A stretch of DNA of 64,000 nucleotides from the human T2T-CHM13v2.0 reference genome, Homo sapiens. The position numbers and the translations under genes are program-made. The notes beneath the pieces are model-generated. The model was not told the DNA's origin and made no database searches. It worked only from the letters and a program-made list of their open reading frames with translations. The stretch lies in the NCBI RefSeq assembly GCF_009914755.1, contig NC_060928.1. One strand, written 5' to 3'. Positions 48,592-64,000 of the stretch are shown here, piece after piece. The first letter of the stretch is position 1, and each line of letters opens with the position of its first letter.

Positions 48592-49012
48592 CATTTAAGT
48601 CAGTAAACTGGGAGAGGCAGACTCATCCTCAGACTGGGTGGGCACCATCGAATCAGCTGCCACTGCAGCTTGGATAAAGGCAGGCAGAGGAGTGGGGAAG
48701 GACTGGACTGGCTGAGTCTTCTGGCCTCCATCTTTTTCCTGTGCTGGATGCTTCCTGCCCTGGAACATCGCACTTCAAGTTCTTCAGCTTTGGGACTCTT
48801 GGACCTTCGACCACAGACTGAAGGCTGCACTGCCGTCTTCTCTACTTTTGAGGTTTTGGGACTCGAACTGGCTTCCTTGCTCCTCAGCCTGCAGAGGACC
48901 TATTGTGGGACCTCACCTTGTGACCCTGTGAGTCAATACTCCTTAATAAACTCTCCTTTATATATACATCCATCCTATTAGTTCTGTCCCTCTGGAAATC
49001 CCTGACTAATAA
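48592..49012 (+). mobile_element. HERV-L LTR MLT2A1-like, 5'-truncated
   Basis: CTTGGACCTTCGACCACAGACTGAAGGCTGCACTG...CCTATTAGTTCTGTCCCTCT..CCCTGACTAATA. Confidence 0.85.
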
Positions 49013-49878
49013 ATCTTTCTTACTTTTTTTTTTCTTTTGAATTTCCTCCCCTTTTAGGGTCGGGGTTTTGATCTGTTTGATTAAACATTACTTGAAACTT
49101 TTAGTTATGTGCTCTGCAATTATGTGCCTAGTTAGGCATGCTATTGACATTTTTATATATTCCACACAGGAAATCCTCTGCAGTAATGTAGCTTTTCATT
49201 CTGGTTACAATTATTAGACATACAAATTTCTGCTTAAACTTCATTGTATCCTCACAATCTCTGGGATAAAGACAAATTAGCAGCTCTCCTTACAGAATGA
49301 AAACAGAACATGCTAGTTTATTCTGTTTAAATTTTTCATGAAACGCATCAATGAATTCAACATCAGCTTGTCAGTTGAACCTGTTTCCCCCTTTTATCTC
49401 AGATAGCCACATAATTTATTTTGGAAGGTATCTGCTTTGTTGTTTCTATCTCACTGAATTCTCATTTCCTGGATTCTCTGCCATATGGTAGTACTTTTTT
49501 ATAAAGTTCCAGTTCAAAAATGCCACACATAACCAAAAAAATACACAAAAGAGAAATTCAATGACAGTCAATGATTCCTAGTCACATAGACTAGAATCAG
49601 CTTTCAAGGAAGGTGACATGGCAAGAATATTACTTGTAAGAACAAGGGACTCTGATCTATATCACCGTTATTCACCCCAACTCTTGTAAAGATGTCATTA
49701 AAATATTTCTTGTGTTAAACATTCCAATATGCTATTAAAATAAGGTCATTTATCCTCAAAGATCTGTGATAAGACAGTCTTTCTCATTCTTAATAATTTT
49801 ATCTAGATTACATATTTGCTATTAAACCTATCCTTACTTTTGGTAACAGTATAATGAATCATAATAAGAGTTATATTA

Positions 49879-50193
<315 letters not shown>

Positions 50194-51449
50194 TTATTAC
50201 ATCATCAGACTTTTAAAAAATAATTGAGCGATGAATTGAGTAACATATAATAGGGATAAATATGAATTTTAAATCCTAACCCATAGGTACATTGTCTTAG
50301 AAAAGTTAAACTGCTTTTACATGAAGTAACTACTACTACTAATACCAAAGTGATGAACTTTATAATCCAGGCATCTTTATATGTTATACTTGTATGTTTA
50401 ATAGACAAATTATTTGTATAGTGTGAGAAAGGTTAAAACAATACTGATTTGAAACTGAGTAAACCGTTAAGAATGAATTATTTCCATTTATACTTATAAA
50501 GAAAGATACATTAAAAATTTTCATGCTGAAATGATATTAAAATAATTATATTTATTTTTAAGATAATATTTGATGATTAGGACAAAGTTTCAGCGTAAGA
50601 ACTTAAGGATAGAATTAAGAAGATTTATCAAATGTACTTTTAGTACTTTTGTGCTATTTCTTTCAAAATCTTCAGTTCATTGGATACTTACCTCCATAGA
50701 AAGATTACTTAATATTTGTAGCATATTATGTGATTTTGTCTTAGACTCAAAGAAATCTCATTATTGTGTAAATTCTCTAGGCTTCTAATATAATATCAGA
50801 GTCTGGGATACGTCGTTCAACCTTAAGAGAATATAGCTATATAAGCCATAACCACTTAATGGATTTCTTCAGTTATAATAATAACCAATTTCTATATAAT
50901 TCTTTAGATTAGACATAATGGTATTCACGCATATCCGTATATCTAAAACAATTATTTCAAATGAGTACTATTGAAATAAAATAACATAGGCTAATGAAAT
51001 ACCCACCCCTCCCTCAAATTGATACAGCTTCATAATCAGAATCAAAATAGTATCAAATGGATACTGTTTCCAATTCGTAGCTTCAGAATGATAAATTACA
51101 ATGTTTTCTGAGCATATGCTCAACATAGATTTTAAAACACAAAATCTACTGTAGCTGTTGAAAATTTAGCAGATAAAATCTTATGCGTTTCAGAAGTATG
51201 GATGAAAATAAGAACAATGAAATCACAATTATTTTCTTTAAAAATATAAGTGTTGCTTTAGGTGGAAAAATGTTTTTGCCTAAATTAAGAAGTGTTACAT
51301 TCAATTATGACCTGTGAAAGTAAAGCTGCTTTCTCTAATAATACAGAATTTTCTTCATTTCTTTGTGTAATAATAAATATTTTGAGGTATTATGATTATC
51401 TTGGGAAATGCTTATGTCAAATTTTATTAATTCACTGTAGGGATCTATA

Positions 51450-51543
51450 CTTAATCTTTTACTGTAATTACGGTAGGAATATCTCTCTTTTTAGCTCCTT
51501 AATCTTTTACTGTAATTACGGTAGAAATATCTATTTTTAGCTC
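51450..51543 (+). repeat. Tandem duplication, 48/46-bp units with an internal palindrome
   Basis: CTTAATCTTTTACTGTAATTACGGTAG(G/A)AATATCT...TTTTTAGCTC twice. Confidence 0.95.
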
Positions 51544-51910
51544 TACTTCAGGGGTTGTCCTTCTGGAAAAAAATGAACTTCTTTAAAGGAATACTTTGCT
51601 AGTAATTTTTTTCCAGTTTCTTTCTAAAGTAAATCACTTCAACTTTTAAAATTATCACTTTATGTTTGAAATGTTATTTGTTTTCCAAGGCATCAAAAGG
51701 CATCCAATAAGCAACTGCATTAAAATTTGTTTTACATATTTGGATTGCATTCCATCTAAAGATATTTTTAATTGCAGTGAAATCCAGCAATTTTTTATGT
51801 TTTACATAATATTTAATGTTGTTAAAATATATTTTATGATCTTTTAAATCTCATTATTTTATTACAGTCATTTCTTTCTTAATAGTAATTAATATAATTA
51901 TGACCATTGC

Positions 51911-52264
51911 TGATATGCTTTGGCTGTGTCCCCTCCAAAATCTCTTTGAATTGTAGCTCCCGTAATTCCCATATGTCAGGGGAGGGACCTGGTGGGAGGT
52001 AATTGAATCACAGGGGCGGGTCTTCCCCATGCTGTTCTCTTGATAGTGAATAAGTCCCATGAGAGTGGATGGTTTTACAAAGGAGAGTTCCCCTGCACAT
52101 GTGGTCTTGCCTGCCGCCATGTAAGAAGTGCCTTTGCTCCTCCTTCACCTTCCACCATGATTATGAGGCCTCCACAGCCATGTGGAAGGAACTGTGAGTC
52201 AAAGCTTCTCACCATACCAGTTTTGGGTACATCTTTTTTAGCAGCATGAGGACAGACTACTACA
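51911..52264 (+). mobile_element. THE1 (THE1C-like) solo LTR
   Basis: TGATATGCTTTGGCTGTGTCCCC...GACTACTACA; perfect 5-bp TSD ATTGC. Confidence 0.9.
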
Positions 52265-52391
52265 ATTGCTAATATTAACAGTAAGAACTGATTATTCAGA
52301 TCTATCTCAAATGAATCCTTATGTGGGGCAACTTTTCAGGTATTGTAGTTAGTGTCAGTTGATCATTCTATTTCTCTCCTCACAAACACCC

Positions 52392-53007
52392 AGTTGTAGG
52401 TTGAATTGTTTCTCCAAAATGATATACTGAATTCTAACCCTGAGTATCTGTAAGTATGACCTTACTTAGAAATAGAGTCCTTGCAGATGTAATCAATTTA
52501 AGATGAAGTAATTCTGGATTTGGGTGGGTTCTAGTTTAATATAACTGGTGTCCTTACGGGAAAAGCAAAGGGACATTTGTCCATTTAGTAAAATATGAAG
52601 AACAGGTTTTTTAATTGTAAAATTCCATATAACTTGCACAAGCATATAATAGGTGCTCAATAAATAATTATTGATTTGATACCTTGCCAACAACCTTAGC
52701 TTTCTTCCATTATTTTATCCTCTCTAACAGAGAGTGACGACAAGAAGAACCAAGGGGCAACAGAAGCAGAGATTGAAGTTGTGTATCAATAAGCCAAGAA
52801 ACAGCAAGGATTGCCAGCAACAGCAAGAGCTGAAAGAAAGAAATAGGAACCAAGTCTCCCCCAGACCCTTCAGAGAGAGCATGGCTCAACTGATGCTTAG
52901 ATTTCATACTTATTTCTGACCTCAAGAATTTGAGAGAATAAATTTCTACTGTTTTAAGCCAGAGAGTTTGTGATAGTTTGTTACAGCAGACCTAGAAAAC
53001 TAATACA
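52392..53007 (+). mobile_element. MLT1C-like solo LTR with a foreign 155-bp insert (52574-52728)
   Basis: GGTTGAATTG..GACCTTACTTAGAAATAG ... GAAAACTAATACA; LTR sequence is collinear either side of the insert. Confidence 0.85.
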
Positions 53008-55203
53008 ATTTCTTTCACTTCTTCATTTAAACAGTCATCCATTGCTTTTATAATTACCAGCTCATTTCTGTTCCTTGGATTCTCAAAGGGAGGGTCATAA
53101 TCCTTTTCATATCTATAATGAAAATTCCTACCACAAAATAGTTGCTTAATAAATGTAACATAATTGAATTAGTTAACAGGTAACCATATTAGAAAGAAAA
53201 TAAGCATGTTTTTTTAATATAATGATAGAACGCCTATCATTATGTTATACATTTATTAGTATTTAAACCCTTCACTTAATTCTGCTAATATTTGCTGGTT
53301 GTACTTTATTATGAGCCTGCTGGGATAAGTATGATCTGGAGTCATCAGGGCTGGAGAAAATATATAGACAGCTAAAAGGTGTAACAAACATTTTTAAAAA
53401 ATGATTAAATTGAAAATATAAGAGAGGATTAAGCTACACACTGTTATCAAACCTTGACAAATATTGTTTTTCATACTTTTAAAATTATTTCAAGGACCGT
53501 AATTTAGGTAAATGGTTGAAAACATGGAATAAATATGAATGTAAGAGTGAAATGCCAAATTTTATGTTACTAATCATTTTATGAATGCAGCCTATGTTAC
53601 AATGTAGTATATAAACATTTTGTAATCAGGCTGATCTTTTACATATGTTTACAAGCTGTAGAAAATTTTGGTTATGAGCTTTGACTTTTGTGTCAGGGTA
53701 AATTAAATTCAATGCTAAAATATAACAATTATCTAAAATGACACCGGGAATATATCTTAACCTCTTTTACATTCACTTTCTTCATTTGTAATCATCACTT
53801 ATGTATTCTATATCTAGAGTCATTCTTTCATAAAAGGAATGAGGGTTCTTTGGACAATGGCTAATATTATGATTGGGACAGGAAATTTCATAATGAACCT
53901 ATAGCACATTAGAGTGCCAAATATTGAGTGCTGAAAAAAAAAAAAAGTAGGAAAATTCTAGAGGCAGTTGACAGACGGAAGAAAGTACTACTCAGGTGAG
54001 GTTTCTGTTTTTATAGCTCTTAGCCTGGGGACAAGTCAAAGCTGGTATCATGTACCGTGGCTCAAATTCTAAGAGAAAACAGTCTTTCCAGCTTGGAAAA
54101 CCAAAACACAAAATTTGAGGCAATAAAAGCTGCCGGAAAGTCAGGCGAGAAATCTGAAAAGGGAACAGCCAAAGCAAGGGAGAAAGAGATTCTGTAAATG
54201 TCTACCCCAATCCCCTGGGCATCCCAGAAACATGCCAGGGTGAGACAGATTCCAGCTAAGGATAAAAAGCTTCAATGATAATTGAGTCATCATCTCAGAG
54301 ACAGCTTGCAGTTTGAGGACAATGAAGTTAATTACTTCTAAAAACAACAAATAAAAACAAAATCCAGTGTCAAAGCAGCATAACATTTAATTGTCTAGGA
54401 TGAATGTAAATATGGTTCAACCTCAAGATAAAGACAATCAACAGAGATAAACCCTGAGTTTTCCCCGCTTTAGAAGTAACAAAACTGTAAAGAAATATTT
54501 GCTTTCCTATGCCATATACTTGCTTATAATAAATAAAAAGATAGGAAATCTCATCATGTAAATAGAAACTGCAAGACAAAACCAAATTATATATTTTAGA
54601 GATTTAAAAATTACTTTGGGGCTTAAGAGTAGAATAGAAACGGCATATTAAGACTTCAGGAATTCGAATATAGACCAATAGAATGTATCCAGTTTGAAGA
54701 ATACAAAGAAATATAAAATTAACAGAACCTAAGGTATTTGTGGGTAATATCAAAGTTCTAAAATATGCATAACTAGAGTCATATAAAAAAAGGAGAGAAT
54801 GAGGATATAGCAGGAAATTAATATTTACAGAAATAATTGCAGAAAACTAATAAATTTGAAAAATAAAACATAAAGTGACAGATTCAAGAAGTTCAGAAAA
54901 TACCCGGGAGGATTAAAAAGCAGCACTACATGCCTATTCACAGCTCAGTTAGACAACTACAAATTAAAGGCAAAATTTTCAAAACGTTGAGAGAAATATA
55001 CTTTAAATATATGCAAACAATAGCTTCAAAATCCATTGACAATGCATCAGAAATCATGGAGGTAGTATTGTAGGATCCTTCAATCACTGAGAGGAAAAAA
55101 CAAAACACAAAAAACCTGTGAACCAAAAATTGTATCTCTATTGAAAATATCTGTAAAAAATGATACAATAAAATATGTTTAGGTTATAAAAGTAAATAAT
55201 AAC

Positions 55204-55932
<729 letters not shown>

Positions 55933-56792
55933 ATAACTAACAGAATTCATCACCATCAGGCTGCAATACAAGAAAAAAAAAAACTCTAAAGAAAGTCTTT
56001 TAGGTGGATGGGAAATGGCACTAGATGAAACTAATGCAAAATATATGGATGCAGCTAAGACAGTCCCAACAGGCAAATTTATAGCTTTAAACATTTACAC
56101 CAGGACAGAATATAGGTCTTTAAAAAAAAAAGCCTGATGTTTTTCATCTTTAGAAGCAATAAAAAGAAGAGAAAAGAAAGACGAAACACCTTAGATATAT
56201 AAATATAAATATGCATAGACACAAACAAAATTTAAAAACATAGGGAAAATTACCAAAGACTGAAATTGGTTTTTGAGGTAATCAACAAATTTTCTGATAG
56301 CTAGATTAAGAAACTGGGAGACAGTAGACAAGTTAGCAGTGTCAGGTATGAGAGGGGATTATAACTAAAGATCCTAAAGATACAAAATTGAAATAAGGGA
56401 AAGTTATGAACAATGTTATACCAAAAAAAGGCCATCTTAGATGAGAAGAATAAACTTCTTGAAAAATATTATTTACCAAAAAGGATCCTAAAAGAAACAG
56501 AATATCTGAAGTTAATAGCAACAGAATAGTGTGCCTAGAAATATATTTAGCAAAAATATTTAAGAAATGTTTATAGAGAATGTTATAAATTTATTAAAAT
56601 TACCTCTAAAAAATTTAAAGCCCATATCCTTATGTTTATAGGTAAAAACATAAGCACTTCAACATGAAATTTCTCTTCAAACTAACCTTTGAATCCAATA
56701 CAGTTTTCATTCATAACACCAATATGAATATTTGGGGATTTAATAATTTGAGGCTAAATCTATTCAACAAGAGAAAAATACCAGACCTAGGA

Positions 56793-57203
56793 TGTGGTTT
56801 TATTATATTTACAAGCTAAGGCATTCTGTCACTCTTTGCTGAATGCTGGCAAAATAGATAATATTTCTGGGTCAGGGACAAAGGACTTCAAAACTCATGA
56901 CACAGCAAACAGCATCAGTTCCTCCTGCCTTCAGTTCTCATGAGAGATGAAGATAGTTTAGAAACATGTCTGTAGATGCACAAGATTGCATTACAGGAGA
57001 GAAACATTAAGTATTGGGGAATTTGTCTCTTTACGGGAAACAGTAATCAAAGCTATTCTTTATACACAAGGGCAACATTAATTTATCCCTCAAGAATGTT
57101 GGTTGTAAATACAACTGAGCAATGGCTCAGATATATAGGGATCAAGGCCTGCATTCTTACACCTAGGATTATGGGAGACCCATGGAGGATTGTACTTCAC
57201 ACA
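56793..57203 (-). mobile_element. ERVL LTR, MER74-like
   Basis: TG...CA ends; reverse complement ACAATCCTCCATGGGTCTC...AAGAATGCAGGCCTTGA...CTTGAGGGATA. Confidence 0.6.
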
Positions 57204-57576
57204 TAACAGTGTAGAGAGAATACTGGCATGGAGATAGGTTCACTGACAAATAGAATTGAACTGAGTACCAGAAAACAGATCTATACAGATATAAGAGCAA
57301 GATATGTGACCAGACATTGCACTGCAGATACAAAATAGGAAAAGGATCCAAAATAAATGGTGCCAGTAAAATTCATCATCTACATGGGAAAAAATGAAAT
57401 CAGATCCTTACTTAGCATTATACTGTAGAATCAATTCAGTGGATATAAAGAGGATTTTGTACAAAATTAAACATTTAAATTTAGAAAACATATAGAAGAA
57501 TGCCCTTATGACTGAAATCGAAAAGGATTTCTTAAACAAGACAAATTATAGGGTAAATTTTGAAAAGCATGACTAT

Positions 57577-58032
57577 TGTAAGAGTTAAAGAAAAAGAAAC
57601 ATGAAATGTGGCTTAACAGTCAAAGACGGGTTTATCTTAGAGAAATAAACCTGAGAGGAGCTTCTGGCTGATTTAGGTCAGGAGCACTCTCTCTTACAGA
57701 CTGAGAACATATATTGGTTTTAGGGTAAAGGTTTTATCACAAGCTTGGAATGTTTCTGTGTTGGGGGAGAAGTTTATGGCGGGGTTGGAAAGTCTCTGGG
57801 CAGAGGAGAGGTTATCTTGGGACTGACATCTTTCCGGACGGAGGGGAGGTTATCTCAGGGATGGCATGTCTCTGGTCGAGGAGGGGTTTGGAATGTGTCT
57901 GGTCGGAGATGTTATTCGTGGTTTATGGTCATGCTGAACTTAGCTATTAGGCTGATGTTTTGGATTTAGGCAGTTTTGGATCAAGGTGAACTTAAAATGG
58001 TTGTCCAAGATGGCGATGCTCCTGCTCTGTCA
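57577..58032 (-). mobile_element. ERV1 solo LTR, LTR19-like
   Basis: Reverse complement starts TGACAGAGCAGGAGCATCGCCATCTTGGACAA and ends CTCTTACA; TSD ACTAT/ACTGT. Confidence 0.75.
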
Positions 58033-58657
58033 ACTGTATTAAAATGAAAGCACTTTTTCACTAAATGATACAACAAAAATGAAAATATCCATGTATTTTT
58101 CACAAATTAAGATAAAATATTTATAGCACTTTAAGCTGATAAATAAAGTCCAGAATGTAAAATAATTTCCCATGAACCAAGAAATAAAAAGCAAAAACCA
58201 AAACAGACAAGAGCTGAGAAGATTGGGTGGTGGAGGGAGAAGAGAGAGAGAGAGAGAGAAGAGTAAAAGCCATAAACAGGCAATTCGCATGAAAGAGAGA
58301 ACACATCGTGAGAATGAACAATTGAATTAGAGCCCAGCTTTTCTAGTTATCAGGGGAATGTAAATTTAAACCATAATGGGCATTTTTTTCATACTTACCA
58401 TACTGACAAATATTAAGAATTCAAAGACTATTTTGAACCTTCATAGAATTCTGAGGCAGTTTATACTTTTTCAGCTTCATCATATCTGGCAAATGCAAGA
58501 CACACATAGCCTACTAAATTTAGTCAATCCACTTGTATATAGGAGAAAATACATACATCTGTACATGAGACTACATGAAAAAGTGTTTCTGGCAGTATCA
58601 CTTCTAAAGTAAAACATGGGAAACAATTCAAATGTCCATTGACGGTATATTCACAAA

Positions 58658-59098
58658 TGTGTGTGTGTGTGTGTATACAAATGTGTGTGTGTGTATATAT
58701 AGATATCTGTATATATCTATATATGTGAGTGTATATATATGTACACACATATATATGTGTATATATATGTACACACATATGTGTATATATATGTACACAC
58801 ATATATGTGTATATATGTACACACATATATGTGTGTACATATATGTACACACATATATATGTATATATATGTATACACACATATATGTGTGTACATATAT
58901 GTACACACATATATATCTGTGTATATATGTATACACACAGATATATGTGCGTATATATATGTACACACATATATGTGCGTATATATATGTATACACATAT
59001 ATCTGTGTGTATATATGTATACATACATATATGTGTGTATATATGTATACACACATATATGTGTGTATATATGTGTATATATAGATATATATACACAT
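58658..59098. repeat. ~440-bp alternating purine-pyrimidine compound repeat (TA/TG/CA; ~22-28-bp higher-order unit)
   Basis: Seen directly. Confidence 0.95.
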
Positions 59099-59465
59099 AA
59101 ATATTCAAAAATATCAAAAAATATAAACATCATAGTGAAAATAAGATAACTAAAGTTAATAACTCAGTATGAATTTGTCTTGGAAAGTAAAGAATGAGTA
59201 TATAAAAGGTTGTCACAGAAGAAAATATAGAGTATGATATAGTTATCTCATTTTTTTCATTATTATACTTTAAGTTCTAGGGTACATGTGCACAACATGC
59301 AGGTTTGTTACATATGTATACATGTGTCATGTTGGTTTGCTGCACCCATTAACTCGTCATTTACATTAGGTATCTCTCCTAATGCTATTCCTCCCCCTTC
59401 CGTCCACCCCACGACAGGCCTCAGTGTGTGATGCTCCCCACCCTGTGTCCAAGTGTTCTCACTGT

Positions 59466-63294
<3,829 letters not shown>

Positions 63295-63357
63295 TATTAT
63301 GTTAGCTGGTTATTTTGCCCATTAGTTGATGCAGTTTCTTCCTAGCATCGATGGTCT

Positions 63358-64000
63358 TTACAATTTGCCATGTTTTTGCAGTGGCTGGTATCGGTTTTCC
63401 CTTCAATGTTTAGTACTTCCTTCAGGAGCTCTTGTAAGGCAGGCTTGGTGGTTGCAAAATCTCTCAGCATTTGCTTGTCTGTAAAGGATTTTATTTCTCC
63501 TTCACTTACGAAACACTTTGGCTGCATATGAAATTCTGGTTTGAAAATTCTTTTCTTTAAGAATGTTGAATATTGGCCCCTACTCTCTTCTGGCTTGTAG
63601 AGCTTCTGCCGAGAGATCAGCTGTTAGTCTGATGGGCTTCCCTTTGTGGGTAACCTGACCTTTCTCTGTGGCTGCCCTTAACATTTTTTCTTTCATTTCA
63701 ACCTTGGTGAATCTGACAATTATGTGTCTTGGGGTTGCTCTTCTCGAGGAGTGTCTTTGTGGTGTTCTCTGTATTTCCTGAATTTGAATGTTGGCCTGCC
63801 TTGCTAGGCTGGGGAAGTTCTCCTGGATAATATGCTGAAGAGTGTTTTCCAACTTGGTTCCATTCTCCCTGTCACTTTCAGGTACATCAATCAAATGTGG
63901 ATTCGGTCTTTTCACATAGTCCCATATTTCTTGGAGGCTTTGTTTGTTTCTTTTTACTCTTTTTTTCTCTAAACTTCTCTTCTTGCTTCATTTTATTCAT
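63358..64000 (-). pseudogene. L1 ORF1p C-terminal part, disrupted
   Basis: KRPNPHLIDVPESDRENGTKLENTL...QARRE* then a frameshifted remainder. Confidence 0.9.

Noticed and set aside
58524-59149. Six overlapping Tyr/Ile/His/Val/Cys-rich ORFs
   Set aside because: Strict RY alternation cannot form TAA, TAG or TGA, so all frames stay open.

Overview
Repeat-dense, AT-rich primate genomic DNA, most probably human (it contains a young AluY with AluYg6-type diagnostic bases). It looks intergenic or deep-intronic. I find no host protein-coding exon, tRNA/rRNA gene, CRISPR array or prokaryotic system. Main elements: a full-length but inactivated L1PA3 (16231-22397, +, perfect 14-bp TSD) that keeps the ~129-bp ZNF93-target segment and a nearly complete ORF0; a 5'-truncated L1PA2; an L1PA5/6 running off the right edge (-); older L1M and L2 remnants; 13 Alus; and many LTRs, including a complete two-LTR MaLR provirus. 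The most unusual stretch is 42.5-45.7 kb, a nested L2 > MER6 > MER66 composite. There the MER6 internal TG-tract has expanded into a ~670-bp almost G-free repeat, and a CpG-retaining segment with a strong CTCF-like motif follows. The window also has several local, non-transposon duplications, including a 155-bp copy inserted into an LTR 4.7 kb from its donor. All long ORFs are L1/MaLR-derived or low-complexity artefacts. Repeat family names come from recalled consensus sequences, not a database search, so subfamily calls and old-element boundaries are approximate. I do not see evidence for a genuinely new biological system; the findings are candidate regulatory or mutational features.
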